Notes: generated from the sequence alone by a model not told the origin. DNA of 64,000 bases from Zygnema circumcarinatum SAG 698-1b (GCA_037447605.1 CM074811.1:3162001-3226000); one strand, 5' to 3'; counted from the first letter of the stretch, positions 1 to 13,774 are shown. Translations and numbers: made by a program.

Positions 1-44
1 GTCAATTCCTTGCTTTTTTCAAGCTTGGGTGGACTCTGTTGCAG

Positions 45-1816
45 AGCTACAACAGGTTATCGCGTAATATCCTTTGTATGCATGTGAATGAATTATGTGC
101 GCTTAAGACTGTCTTGGATGAACTTAGAATTATGAAGCAATGCTCTTCAAAATCTCTGGGGTTGACTGACAAGCGAGATATTTCTCTCAATCAGTACATG
201 AGAGGGTTTTGGAGTGCAGAGAAATCGAGCAGATAAATTGTTCGCTCGTAGTCGCATTTGACGAGCAGAGCGCGCGAGTGTGTGAATTGGAAGCTCATTG
301 TGAGTGTTCTGAATCCTTAAGAGATGCAATTTGATGCTAAAAAACTTCAGAGAAAGTGTTTTCACGTGAGTTGGGCATGTCATTTCCTACCTTTTCAATG
401 AAGCCGCGAATGCACTGAGGTTCACTGCTCTCTGGGCAGTGAACCTCTGCTTGTGAATGACTTTGCACACATTTTCCAGCCTCTAATTCCTTTTGTTTTG
501 CTGTTAATCCTCTCTGAGCAGGTGAAGAGCTCAGAGAAAGAGAGCGCGAACTTACTGCTGCTCTAGAAAGTGCTCAAAGGGAAATCGGAAACCTTACAAT
601 GGGAGGTAGACAACCACGAATGGATCAGAAATGTGTATCCCAAGGACTGGATTTATCTCCTTCTGTGGTTATGGGAGGGGCATCTCCCTTCGGTTCCGGT
701 TCCGTTGTAACAAACGGCAACACCATGCGTGCAACTCTTCAAGAAAATGTCCTTGCTGCGGAAATCAGACATAATGGCGATTCGGCTGAGACTTCGCAAC
801 TGATGGAAGATTTAGCTTATTCCAAGGTGTTGAACCCTGAAGCAAAGGAAAGTACGGAGCGAGAATGCATGGGAGGAGAAGGTGCAAGAGTGCAAGTTAA
901 GGGGGCAGTAATGCAGGAAGAGAAGGAACTGAATTTTATTCAGAGAGATGGCAAGGAGGGGGGTTGGCAGACAGAGGGGACTCCAGAAGAGGAGGGCGAC
1001 GAGGAGGAGGAGGAGAAGGAGGAGAAGGTGGAGAGAGGGCTCATAGAGTGGAGGGAGTGGTTGTCGGCCTTCCCCGGAATACTCACCTCCTACAATGGGC
1101 CGACCACTCTGTTCAAGCACGAGCCATCAGGTTAGTAAGTGGGGAGTAAGAGGGAAAAGGGTAAGAGGCGGGTGGGAGAGAGGGGGCGGGAGAAATGGAG
1201 GACAATGGAAGGGAGCAGGGAGGGTGTGGTAGAGGTTAAGGGGGGGTGTAGGGAGAGGAGAGCCAGGAGTGAGAAAATTGGGAGCGATGAGAGACCGGAG
1301 GGAGGAGATTGGTGTATATGTGTGTGTTTGTGAGAGAAATAGATGGGGGGAATTGAGCAGAAGGAAAACTGAAAGGGGGCGAAAAAGGAATGGTGGAGAG
1401 AGAGCGAGTCGAACAGACGACAATGAGGGGATGTAGATAAAAGGACCTTTGTGGCTTCTGAGAACGTTTAATTTGAAAGTTCAGTTTGAACTTCTGTTTG
1501 CTGATCCCGAGGTTGATCCTGATGCTCCACACAATTCCACTTTGCAGGATTTGCTTTCGAGTTGGGCCCTGTTCCCAAGGTGGAGGTTGAGTGCAGCCCC
1601 GACGGCCCCCCGGAGAGAGCGTCTCTCACAGGGCTGACGGAGGTGGAGGCAGACGAGATATACTACCACACCATCGCCCTTGGAAAGGCTGCCACGTGTG
1701 CTTCTGCCGACCTACCAGGGTGGGTGGTAGACGACGAGGATGGGATCTGCTTCTCCCCCAAAGAGGCTCCCAAGTTCTTTTCCAAATTGGAGGCGCTGTT
1801 CAGCACTGCGTTCTGA
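45..1816 (+). CDS. TTN9: TITAN9/Csm1 (monopolin)-like coiled-coil kinetochore protein, 5' partial
   Basis: Phase-consistent exons 45-63, 220-299, 522-1130, 1548-1816. N-terminal coiled coil (ELQQVIAEIEQ...EELRERERELTAALESAQRE). C-terminus HEPSGFAFELG...EIYYHTIALGK...LPGWV...GICFSPKEAPKFFSKL resembles the plant TTN9 motif HQSSGFSFSL...ELLYRVLSLGT...PEWM...IMFS..MCPIFF as recalled. Confidence 0.55.
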
Positions 1817-1844
1817 GGGCCATCCTATCCCATGTCAAGGCGTA

Positions 1845-2130
1845 CCATCCCAGGCCATGCCATGCCATGCATGCCATCGATGCCATCCCATGCCATGTCA
1901 TAGCGTCATAAGGTCTGGCGTACCATCCCAGGCCATGCCATCGCATCCTTTGCGAGGCCATACCATCACGTGTCATGGCGTGCATGGCTTAATGCAAATC
2001 GATGGTCATGCCGTCCTATGCCACGTCATGATGTCGTCCCATGCCAGGCCATACCATCCCAGGCCATACCATCCCATGTCATGCGGTGCTATGACATGTC
2101 ATGATGTCATCCCATGCCATGCCATGTGTA
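1845..2130. repeat. Degenerate (CATGC/CCATC)n minisatellite
   Basis: Dense catgc/ccatg/ccatccc units just 3' of the TTN9-like stop; similar arrays at 26660-26760 and 43620-43930. Confidence 0.85.
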
Positions 2131-2976
2131 TATAGGTGGGTTTCTAGAACAGGGGGCATTCTGTATATATGCTGCTATCGGAGGATTTGCTCTCTGCCAA
2201 TAGTGCAAGTCCAATTGCGAATAGCCGTAGGGTCCTGGTGTAGAGATCCTTTGTTGGTACAGGATGTGTTTGTAACCCCTCTGGACAGCTGTGAGAGAAG
2301 ACCTACAAGCTCTGTGCAAGAGAGGAAAGAGGGAGGGAGAGGTAGAGAAGTGGAAGGTGGGTGGGGGGACGAGAGCTAGGGAGAGGGAGGCAGAGGAAGG
2401 AGAACACGTGACGAGGACAGCTGGTGACTCTGATTTCATTTATCAAGCAGGTTCTGGCGTAACGGTAGGGTCCGTTGCAGAGAACTAATGATATAATAAT
2501 AAGCCATTAAGGAATACCAGATACAGTTAAGTACATACACTAATAACACAGACACAAACAATAAATGGAGTCCTCCAAGTAAATAATTGACAGAAATATG
2601 ACACTTGAGTATTGTGTTTTGTTCTAGGAGCTTTTGGCTTTGTTGGCATTATGACCGAAAATTTAAAAAGCAAATGCGCTCCGAACTTCCGATCCGACCT
2701 CTGTCCTGACAGAAGTGATCAATTCAAAAGTCAAAATATTGTCCATACATAATCGCGCTCTGTGAAACGACATAAAATACGAAAGGCTTGACGAGAAATT
2801 CGTCTCCTCTCAAAACTCTCCCCGAGGTCCTTCAAAACCCCAAAAGAATAATGATCCTCCCTGTCTGTCCTAAACACCAGACCTATACATAAGTACATGA
2901 AAACATAGATGCTTCGCGAGACAAACCCAAAAGTCATAAACCAATTGTAAACTCTAAACCCGCCTTAAACCATAAT

Positions 2977-4098
2977 TCAGAAGCCAAGTTTTCCAGTCTC
3001 CCTTCCGATGAACCCAAATGGAGCGCATGTGCACTCGTTCAAAAGAATATACTTTTCCGGATCCCCAGAGTTATCTCCTCCTTCCCCTTCCTGCAAATTC
3101 CTCCTTTTTCTGACCCCTTTACAATGCCCACACACCCTTATATCCGGCGCAGACGATACTTCCTCATATAGAACATAATCAGACTCAAATATTTCTGAAG
3201 CCGCAATCTCGACTGTAGCCTCTGCCACCTTCCTTCCGGATGAAATATTTACAGAAACGGGCTGCAAATTTCTGCGGCTTGCCAACATAGAACCGCCACT
3301 GCTGCTGCTGCTTCCCGGGAAGCTCTCCGAGGGGTCTCCTCCCTTAGTTTCGTCTACAGGAAGGGGTGGTTTGTAAGGAGAAGCCATGGCCGCCTGGGCT
3401 CCCCTCTCACCTCTCTCTTCCACTCCCACTCCCACTCCTCCCACTCCTCCCCCTCCCACTCCCACTCCTCCCACTCCCCATCCATCTCCTCCCACTACTT
3501 CCACTCCTCCCCTTCCCACTCCCACTCCCACTCCCACTCCTCCCACACTTCCCCCTCCCACTCCCACTCCTACTCCCACTCCCACTCCTCCCACACTTCC
3601 CACTCCCACTCCTCCCCCTCCCACTCCCACTCCCACTCCTCCCCCTCCCACTCTCACTCCTCCCACTCCTCCCACTCCTCCCACTCCCCCTCCCACTCCG
3701 CCCCCTTCTTCGTCGAGTGGAGTGGTGGGAGGAGTGGGAGTGAGAGAGGAGGACATGGAAGCGTTGTTCAGTCGCGCCATGTCCGCCTTGCAGAAGTGCA
3801 CTGCGTCGTATACGCGCACAAAGAACCACCTCCGTCCGATGCGGTCGGGGATACGCGCACGCTCGAGAGTCTTCATCACCGCCTTGTTCGGATTGGTCAG
3901 GGCAAGCCTCTGGCCGCGGGCCTGCCCCCACACCCCAAAAAAAAAAAAAAAAAAAATTGAAAAAATTTAATGTTAAAGTTTACCTTTTATGACAGTAAGC
4001 GATATTACCACCTTTCAATTTGAAAAAAAAAAAAGAAAAAGAAAAAAAAGAAAGATGCTCATTTGTAGTGTGGGTGGTAATCTGAGGCATGAAATTTG

Positions 4099-4135
<37 letters not shown>

Positions 4136-4592
4136 TGATACTCGTTGTGAATGTCCATTATGGCTTCGCAAATGGAGGCGTCGATGGCATGAACGGCAGA
4201 CATGTCGATAATGACGTAGCGGGCAGAGAGAGAGGACGCTCCCTCTCCCTCTCTCTCTCTCTCCCTCTCCCTCTCTGTGGAGGTCCCATACTTGCGTAAA
4301 CTCTCGCGGAAGTTGCTCACATTCGCGAAGAAACTGCGCATAGAAAGCGGAGATGATGCAGGTGGGGAGAAGCTCTCTCTGGGGGGGGGGGGAGGGAGGA
4401 GGGAGAGAGGGAGCGAGCGGAGCGAAGCACTTGGGGAGAAGGAGAGAGAGATCGAGAGAGAGAGAGAGAGAGCGTGGAGGGCGGGACACAGAGAGGGAGA
4501 GCGAGCGGATGAGGAAGGGAGTGCGAGCAAATGGGAGAAATAGAGTGCGAGAGAGTGAAAGACAGACAGAGAGAGAGAGAGAGAGAGGGAAG

Positions 4593-4676
<84 letters not shown>

Positions 4677-6479
4677 ATACAGGTGGGAGTGGAAGCGCAG
4701 CACTGCTATCCCCTGCGTGGTTTTAGCGTCCGGGTATTGGTCGAGCGCGCGGTAGACCGTGGTCCCGGGCAGCCTCCCCAAACTTTCGCACTGCGAGTTG
4801 GCGGACTCGTCGATGACAAATCCGAGGGAGATAATCACCGCCACCAGCACGCCCATCTGGAAGGAATTTTCCGGGCAGCCAAAAAAAAAAAAGGGGGGGG
4901 GGAGGGGGGTGGGGAAGGGGGGAGGGGGGAGGGAAGGGAAATAACGAAGGGAGTTTGAGAGAGACAAGGGAAAGAATATTTTAGAGCCGAAAAAGAGGGG
5001 CTAAAATAATTTTTTCATAAGCAAATTCTTTAGTCTTAACTGCCCCCCCCTCCCCTTCCCCCTCTCGCCCCCCCCTGCTCCATTTTTCCCTCAATTTCAT
5101 CCTTTTTTTTTCTTTTTTTTGGGATGGAAAGAAGGAAAATTTGCTTAACGGGAAAGATTCTCACCTGGATACCGAAAAAAAGAGTCCCAAAAAAGGCAAA
5201 CAGCCACACAAAAAATTCTTTTTCGTCGACTTTTAGGAGGAAACGAGCCTCCTCAACATCTATGAGGCCGGCCACGGACGACATCACAATCGCTGCACCC
5301 AACATCACCCGCAAAAGGACGACATCGGCAACATAACGCCACGTCAGCCCTAAAACAGAACAGAACCATGCAAGGACACCCACCTTTCGGGTCCTTTGCA
5401 AGTCACGACAAAAGCTAGAAAAGAGTAAACAGACATAAGAAAGGTTTCCAGGTTTGCATATTTTTGAAACTTGTGTTCGGCAAATTGGGTTTTTTTTGGG
5501 GTTTTTTATAACACTGAGATGTCGACACCATGTTAGGGTTCAGCGGTTTAAGGGCTTAAGGGGTTTTCGGGTTTCGGGTTAGTAAGGTTTATAGGTTTCC
5601 AGTTCCTCTCCTTTCCTTAACAGTCTCAAAGGTTACCGTGTAGGGTTCAGGATTAGTTAATTGCTTTCAGGTCACGATCCAAAATATCCACTTAGGGTTC
5701 AGGGCCTCCTTCATCCTCCAAACCCTCCCCAGGGTTCAGAGTCCAAACTTAACCCCCCCGACTTCCCCCTCCCCCTCCCCCTCTCCCTCTCCCTTTCCTT
5801 TTCTTTTCTTTCCTTTCCTTCGTCCAAAGCCATTTCAACTTTTCTTCCTTTCCGGATAGCACCTGATTGACCGCCAAGTGTTCAGAACTCACCCCCCCCT
5901 CCCCCCTCCCATCTCCTTCTCTTTCTTTCCTTTCCTTACCTTTCCTTTCCTTATTGAAAGCTATTATTATTATCTTTTTTGTATTTTTATTTTTTCTTTT
6001 CCGGGCAGGCAGTGTGTGGCTGACCGCCGAGCACGGGCAGCGGCAGCAGCGCGAATAGCGGCGCCGCGAGGAGGAGCGCTACGAGCACAAGCGCGGCCGC
6101 GAACAGCGCCGCGAGGGGGCTGCGCGCACCACTCTCTAGCGCCACAGCGGACCGCGAAAAGGACCCGCCCACGGGGTACGCGGACCACAGAGCGCCGCCC
6201 GCGTTCGCCAGGCCAAGAGCTGGGAGAGGGGGGAGGGAGGGAGGGAGGNNNNNNNNNNGGGGGAAAGGAGGAGAGGAGAGGCGGGAAAATAGGAGACAAG
6301 GGGAGGAAGCAAGTGGACAGTGGAGCGACCGAGACAAGAAGAGACAAGTCAAAGTGGGAGAGGGAGAGCGGCAGGGAGAGCGGGAGGCACAAGTGAAAGG
6401 GACTAGGTAGGGGAGGGGGAAGAGTGGAGAGAGAACGAAAGAGAGAGAAAGAAAGAGAGAGAGAGAGCGAGAGAGAGAA

Positions 6480-6517
<38 letters not shown>

Positions 6518-8148
6518 CGAGGGAGAGAGGGAGAGGGAGAGAGCCGCACCTACGAGTTCTTGGTTAGCGTCAATGGTGTATCCATTCTTGGCTGCGAGTG
6601 CTTTGGCTATTCCTATGGACTCTAAATAAGCCGCGCCCGCAATGATCAGGGCAGGAGTGAAAAGTTTTCCGGCGCTGCCCCACGGGAAGTCAAGGAAGAA
6701 GGGCGGAGAGCCACTCGGAATTTCGCCCGTCACGCGAATCTGGGGCAGCGAGAAAAAAAGAATTTAATAGAGAATGAAGGGGTAGAAATTAAAGTTCGGT
6801 TCTCGTTTTGCTTTAGTTTCGCACTTCGCAGGCCTAAGATGCTGGTTGATTAGGGAGGGAGGGAGGGAGAGAGAGGGCTAGAACGAGAGAGAGAGGGGGA
6901 GAGACAGAAAGAGAGAGAGAGGGTGAGACAGAGAGAGAGAGAGAGGGAGAGAGAGGGGGTGGGCTACCTCCCACGGGTTTTTGGTGAAGTACAGAAAAGC
7001 AGTCCCAAATGTCACAGAGAGAATGGGTCCGAGCGTGCGAAGGGCCTGCAAAGCCTTATAAGTCTTGCCGAAATGCTGCGGAAAAAGACAAAACAGAGTG
7101 AGAGAGAGTGAGAGAGAGAGAGAGAGAGAAAGAGAGAGTGAGGGGGAGGGGAACAAAATCAAACAAAAGAATAAAAAGTAAAAGAAAATACCAGAAAATA
7201 GCATATAATAAAATAACAGTAAAAACAGAAGTAAAATCTGTAATAGAATATAAACCTTCATGACGAGGAGGAAGAGGAGGGCGAGCGAGCCCATAATGAG
7301 GGACGGGTAGTCGATGCGGTCCAAATTTGCAAATATATCGCGAATTAAAATGTGCATTTTGTCGCTGCGAGGGTAACGGTAGCCCAGGATGTACCGCATT
7401 TGGGACAGCCCTGTGGGGAGAGAGAGGGGAAGAGAGGGAGGGAGTGAGAGAGAGAGAGAGGGCTAGAGAGAGAGAGAAAAGGGAGGGAGAGGGAGGGAGA
7501 GATAGAGGGAGTGAAAGAGAGAGGGCTAGAGGGAGAGATAAAAAGGGGAGGGAGAGAGAGGAAGAGATAGAGGGAGTGAGGATGGGGAGACGGAGAAAGG
7601 AAGGGCGAGAGGGGAAATGGGGAGAGGGAGAGTGAGAGGTGGGAGAAAGAGAGGAAGCGGGAGTGGGCGGGAGGCAGGGAGAAAGAGAGAGAGTGCGAGA
7701 GAGCGAGTGGGAGGGAGGGAGAAGGGAATGAAGCTAAGCCTTGAAGAGGTCAAGGGAAGTAAAAAATATAACCGAACTCTAACCTTATTCAAAGGAAGTA
7801 TCCAATCAGTCAAAGTTAATCAAAAAAAAAAAAAAAAACGAGAATGAGAATAACACAATTATAGCGCTTTCAGGTCTTAAAAGGTATTTGAGGATTTTTT
7901 TTTTTTTTTTTAGGGTTTTTACTTTGAATGAAGGGAAGCTCACCGATGATGATTGCTGCTCCGGAGGAGAACCCAGAAACGACAGAACGGCTGAGGAAAC
8001 GGACAAGACGGCCCGCCCGGAGTAGCCCTCCCACAAGCTGTATCACTCCCACAAGGAGGGAGAGGAGGAGGGAGAGAGCAACGCACTGCCTCACATCCTC
8101 CGCCGCCGTTGACTCCGTATCGGCCAGAGTTCTAAAAAAAAAAAAAAA

Positions 8149-8229
<81 letters not shown>

Positions 8230-8722
8230 AGAGGGAGAGGGGAGAGAGAGAGAGAGAGGGGGGAGAGAGGGAGGGAGGGAGGGAGAGAGTGAGACAAGTT
8301 ATCTTGGACAGGAAGGGTGGGGGGATATATTGATTTGAGGAGGGGGGGGGGGGGGTAGGTACACACCGGACGGCCTCTCCCACAAGGAGGGAGACGAGGG
8401 AGGTCGGTCCGAGTGCCAGCTGGCGGGAGCTGCCGAAGGCGCTGCGCATGGAAACGGTTGGGGGGAACGGATTCAGTTGAAGGGGAGGTAGGGTTTGTGA
8501 GGGAGGATGCAGAGATAGGGACCGCACGGGAGAGAGGGAGGGAGGGAGGGAGGGAGGGAGGGAGGGAGGGAGGGAGAGAGAGGGAGGGAGGGAGGGAGGG
8601 AGGAGGGAGGGAGGGAGGAGGGAGGGAGGAGGGAGGGAGTGGAGGGAGGGAGGGAGGGAGGGAGGGAGAGAGAGAGAGAGAGAAAGAGAGAGGGAGGGAG
8701 GAGGGAGGAGGGAGGAGGGAGG

Positions 8723-8753
<31 letters not shown>

Positions 8754-9010
8754 AGGGGCGAGGAATAGGGAGGCTGACGAGGTTAAGTCAAAGGAAAGGA
8801 GTGGAGTGGGCAGGGATGGACTTGACAGTGGGAGGGGAGTCCCTGAGAGGAAGAGGCCCGGGGGGAGAGAGAGAGGGAGAGAGGGAGAGAGAGAGAGGGG
8901 GAGGGAGAGAGAGAGGGAAAGAGAGAGAGAGGGAGAGGGAGAGAGAGTGAAAGAGAGAGAGTGGGAGGGAGGGAGAGGGAGAGGGAAAGTGAGAGAGAGA
9001 GAGGGAGAGG

Positions 9011-9046
<36 letters not shown>

Positions 9047-9918
9047 GAGAGAGAGAGGGAGGGCCTCTCACGCGTAGACGAGCGGCGGCACCCATCCCGT
9101 GTAGAGGCCGTACTGCGGCGGCAGCCCCGCCACACGTGCGTAGGCGAGGCCCTGCGGGACCAGCATGAAGGCCACGGCGGCGCCTGCCCACGTGTCGCCC
9201 GCCCATTCGCTGGGGCCCGCGCGCAGGGCCGCCCACGTGCTCGCGTACGGAACTGGAACTGAGCGCCACGGAACGGAGGACCACGCAACGGAACGGCGTC
9301 TGCATGGAAAGGTCCCGAGGAGAGGAGGTGCAAAGGCTTGAGGGTGGAGAGAGACGAGCATAGAACTTAAACCGGGGGAGGGAAGGGTGGGGGGGAGGGA
9401 GGGGGGAGGGAGGGGGTAGAGGGAAGTGGAGGTTTGGGGCTGAATTGGAAGATGCTGGGGGGTTTGGGGTTCCCTCGTCCATGCTCTAGACTCTCTCACA
9501 AATCCTCAGGTCTCTCTTTCTTTCTCCCTCTCATTCTTCATCTCCCTTCCCCGTCCCCCACTTCCCCCACCCCCCCTTCCCCCCATCTACCCTTCCCCCG
9601 CTCCTTCCGCCCCTACCCCCCTTCCCTCCCTCCCCCTCCCTCCCTCTCCCCCACTTCTTCTCCCCAGTTCCTCTCCCTCCCCCCACTCCCCCCTCCCCTT
9701 CCCCTACTCGCCCTCTTCCCACCTCCCCTGCCCCCCACTCCCTCCCACTCCCCCACTTGCCCTCACCAGTTCTTCTCCCTCCCCCTCACCCTCTTCCCCC
9801 CTCCCCTCCCCTCCCCTTATACTTCTCTGCCGCTCCCCCGCTCCCCTGTTTTTCCCTCTCCGCCTTCCTCTTCCCCCTCCCCCCTCCCACCTACCCTCCC
9901 CAACCCCCCCCCGTTCGC

Positions 9919-9975
<57 letters not shown>

Positions 9976-10608
9976 CTCTGTCTGTCGCTTTCTCACCCCT
10001 GCTCTGCAGACTTGTTCTGACCCCATTCCCCCCCCCCTTTCCTATCTAACAGGTAAAGAGCCAAATCTCTCCAACAAACTCCCAACACTAAAACAAAATT
10101 CCACAGTATCCAAAAGCCATAAACCCCAAAAAACCCAATAAAGTACTTTAATTCCATAATCTAAACCCACTCCCTGGTCCAGAAAAGTAATTAAAGCGCA
10201 CCTGAATTCCTCGAGCCAGTTCAATGTGAAGGTCGGGAAATACTCCTCGCTTCGCTTCCCAAATGCAAACTTGAGAATTCGAACGGTGGGGCCTTGACTC
10301 GCCGCCGCATTATTTCTGCCGCGTGAATTCGAACTTAAAAATTTACCCCCATTTAAATTCGAGGTATCCATAACATTTGTAATTTCTTCCTCCCTCGATT
10401 GAGAGCGCAAAAGTGGAGTTTCCACGTCAAGGAGAGAGACATCATGATAGGAAGATTTTGACTTCACGGAACACGAAGAAAGGTGTCTCCGATCAGCATT
10501 ATTATTAGGGGTAGGGTTCGAACCCAAATTAATAATATCATCATTAAAACTATTATTAAAGTTAAAGCTACTTAAATTGCTTCGATTGACTTCTTCCGTT
10601 TCCTCCAT
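2977..10608 (-). CDS. SULTR: SulP/SLC26 sulfate transporter with STAS domain (12 exons)
   Basis: Exons 10608-10202, 9299-9072, 8441-8367, 8131-7944, 7410-7256, 7075-6968, 6739-6550, 6219-6025, 5292-5165, 4856-4681, 4333-4135, 3921-2977, all GT-AG and in phase. Motifs LVPQGLAYARVAGLPPQYGLY, FGSSRQLALGP, NQELVALGLAN, GSFSRSAV, and STAS RFHSHLFFAN...VIIDMSAV..IDAS. Confidence 0.93.
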
Positions 10609-12092
10609 CCCCACAAACCCGAAACCCTAAATCCGTTAAACCTGCTTAAAATCAACCTCTCAGAATCCCCATGTGATGACAAACCCTCTGTCACATTACC
10701 AGTCTAAACCCTAATTTCTTTAAAACCTCCCTGCCCTGAACCCCTGCCATTTTTAAGAAAGGTTTGAGCCTGAATGGACCGTACCCCACCTCCCAAAAAA
10801 ACAAAAGAACCCTGTAATTGCTAAAACCCTAAACCCCACATTACCATTCCCTCGGCCCTGAACCCCGCTCAAATTTAAACCCCCCTTCCTATTCCCTCGG
10901 CCCTGAACCCTTTCGGCTTCAAAGAATGGAACGGAAGTTGCCGACACCGCTAGGGGAGTTTTAGAGAGGGAACATGTGATGTGACATGATGTGACACCTC
11001 AAGACAAGACAGGGACGACATGTGGCAGGCTTTAAAGCGTCGGCACAAATTGGCGCGTGTGAAGGAGACGATTGATTGGCGGTGTATGTGAGACGTGGCA
11101 CCACCTCTAACGACACAACGACGGTTGGAATATGTGACCGACTCCGACGGTTTTCGGCGGTTTTGGCCGTACCATAAAGATAAAAGATCCGTTTCTGTGT
11201 TCAGAATTAAACGGGAACGGCGCAGAGTCAGCGGATCAACGGAATTTGTCTCAAGGTTTGTTTCCATGTGGGTTAGTTGGGCAGTCGACGGTTTGGCCTT
11301 CGGAAAAAGAGCGTTCCCATGCAAGAACAGTTGCACGGAAAGTGTTGAACCAGGTACTCTCCATCTCCCTCTCCCTCTCTCACCCTCCGTCTGTCTCTCA
11401 CTCTCACCCTCCCTCTTTCTCTCTCTCTCCCTCTTCCTCTCTCTACCTCTCTCCCCCTCCCTCTCTGTCTTTCTCTCTCTCCCTCTTCCTCTCTCTCTCC
11501 CTCTCTCCTCCCCTCTCTCTCCCTCCCCCCCTCCCTCTCTCTCTTTCTCTCTCTCCCTCCCACTCTCTCCCTCTCTCTCTCTCCCCTCCCTGTCCCTCTC
11601 CCCCACCCTCTCTCTCTATCTCTTCCTCTAGCTCTCTCCCCCTCTTATTCTTAGACCTTATTCCGCTTTTGCATGCATGTGCTGTTTCCCTCCGCTTCCT
11701 GCCGCCGGTCTCCTTCATTCCTTCACACTCTGCCCCAAAGCAAGTCTGCCATGCAACAATGCACAATGCAGCCAAGCCTGCCCAAGAGAGGCAGACTCTG
11801 CCCCAATGTTGGGAATTACTCTCACTGACCTTCCCAGCCGAAAGGCCTCTCTCTCATTGCAGAGAATTCTCTTTGAATGAATGTTCAACAACTCCAAACT
11901 AGCACAAAAAAAACTTCCCAAAGCACAGAACAAGCTTCCTATAACGCTTCCATGAATTGCATTATCATAAGCCTGCAAAAAGTTGTCATTTGAACCATCT
12001 ATAAGCGCCTTTACCACCCCCCCCCCCCACAACCTTCTTCTCATGCTTGTAAGCTGTTAAATATGCTACTCTAATCCTAAAACCCAGGTTCC

Positions 12093-13742
12093 TTAATTCA
12101 ACTTCCTTCTGTGAAACCACGGGATCCACACAGATGTTGATCTTTGATACTCTTTATAGGCCTCCCTCCTGCTCTCATCCTCCATCATCCTCCTCTCGAC
12201 GAGAACAGTCACATAAGCCATGCAGGCGGAGTTAACCCCTGCTCCCAGGAGAGTCCACTTTTGACCCAGGATCCACCCGAACATTGCAAGGCTCCACCAC
12301 CACAACTGTTCTCCGAAGTAGTTCGGATGACGCGAGTATCGCCAAAGGCCCTCGTTTAAGACTAGTTTTACATGCTGCTTTGCAGCCTTTCTTTTATGGT
12401 TTTCCGAAACAAAGTGGTACAATTGGGTATCGGCAAAGTATCCGATAAGTACGGCGGCCATGCATGCGCATGCAGCGAGCGTGTCGATGGGACCCCATGG
12501 AGCATCAGAGGAGAAAATTGCATAGAGAGGGAGGCAAATACCCACAAGGAAGACCTGTTTCATACAGGGGGGGAGGGAGAAGAGAGAGATATAAAAAGGA
12601 TTTAGTATCACACAGCAATTAAACCTTTCTCCAACTCATAAAATATTTGGTTAGATTTGGATTCCGACTAACCACAGTGCAAGAAAAATAGGGTTTTAGG
12701 GAATCAGGGTTTTAATCATAGGGTTAAAAATGGTCTGTCAGGATTTAGTGTTTTACCTCTTGTGAGACGTATACTAGAAAAAAGGATATCCACCACCAGT
12801 TTGAGGAGTACTGGTTCCGAAGGTCAGTGAAGCGCCAGTCCTCCCTCGCCCCCCATTGCCATCTCTCCCTTCGAAAGTAAGAATGCGTTAAGCGCACACT
12901 CCAGATCCATACAAGCGATAGAACCACTCGCGAGCGGAATACGTTGGCAACGGAAAGGGGATGCGATGCATAGAAATGGGAGATCAGCAGAGGGAGGATC
13001 GTCCAATAGGGGTCGATGAGCTGCAGGGAATGAAAGGGGAAAGGGGGAGGGCGGGAAGAGAGGGAGAGGAGGGAGAGGAGGGAGGGAGGGAGGGAGGGAG
13101 AGAGAAGGTTAGGGTCTTTTCTTTCCTTTCTGGCTGAAATTTCTGACGTTTGTTTGTGCAGTATTTGATGCATGACTCGCAATGGGTACTTGTAAAAGGT
13201 TTGAGAGAAAATTTTCATCCTGAAAATGTGAAAATTAGGAAACCCTGAAAACCAACAATTTTAGACCCTGAGGAAAAACAAGATCTGGTTAGACTTTCAA
13301 TGGCCCTGTGTTAATAGATTACCATACAAAGCACTAATTTATTTCTATTAAGATTTTAACCATATTTTCCATAAACACTCACCCAGGTGCTCCCCTGAAT
13401 GAGGCTGATGATCCAAAAAAGAACGTTCACATTGAAAAAGAAAAGAGCTGCGACCATTCCAACAGGATTCGCTAAGCCCCAAAGGCAGAAGAGCTGCCAC
13501 GTGGAGGCCCCCAAGGGAACGGGAGGATGCCACGTGGTGCCCCATGTGCCACGTGGCAGCCAGCCATAGGGCTTGAGAGTCCTTCCATTGAGACTGTACA
13601 TCTCAATGAGAGCTTCGCTCTCGGAGAAGAAGGAGAGAGAGAGGAGGATGGAGGGGAGAGGGACAGCCATGGCGAGGAGGAAGTTGAGGAAGTTCTGGCG
13701 GAGGGAGAGAGAGGAGGGGCAGTGAGAGCTGCCGGAAGACAT
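12093..13742 (-). CDS. DUF1295 / 3-oxo-5-alpha-steroid 4-dehydrogenase-like membrane protein
   Basis: Exons 13742-13383, 13020-12757, 12554-12093. Motifs IDPYWT, WSVRLTHSYFRRERWQWGAREDWRF, GLWRYSRHPNYFGEQLWWW. Confidence 0.92.
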
Positions 13743-13774
13743 GGCTGTGTGGGGATGGATTCTAGGGTATAAGG

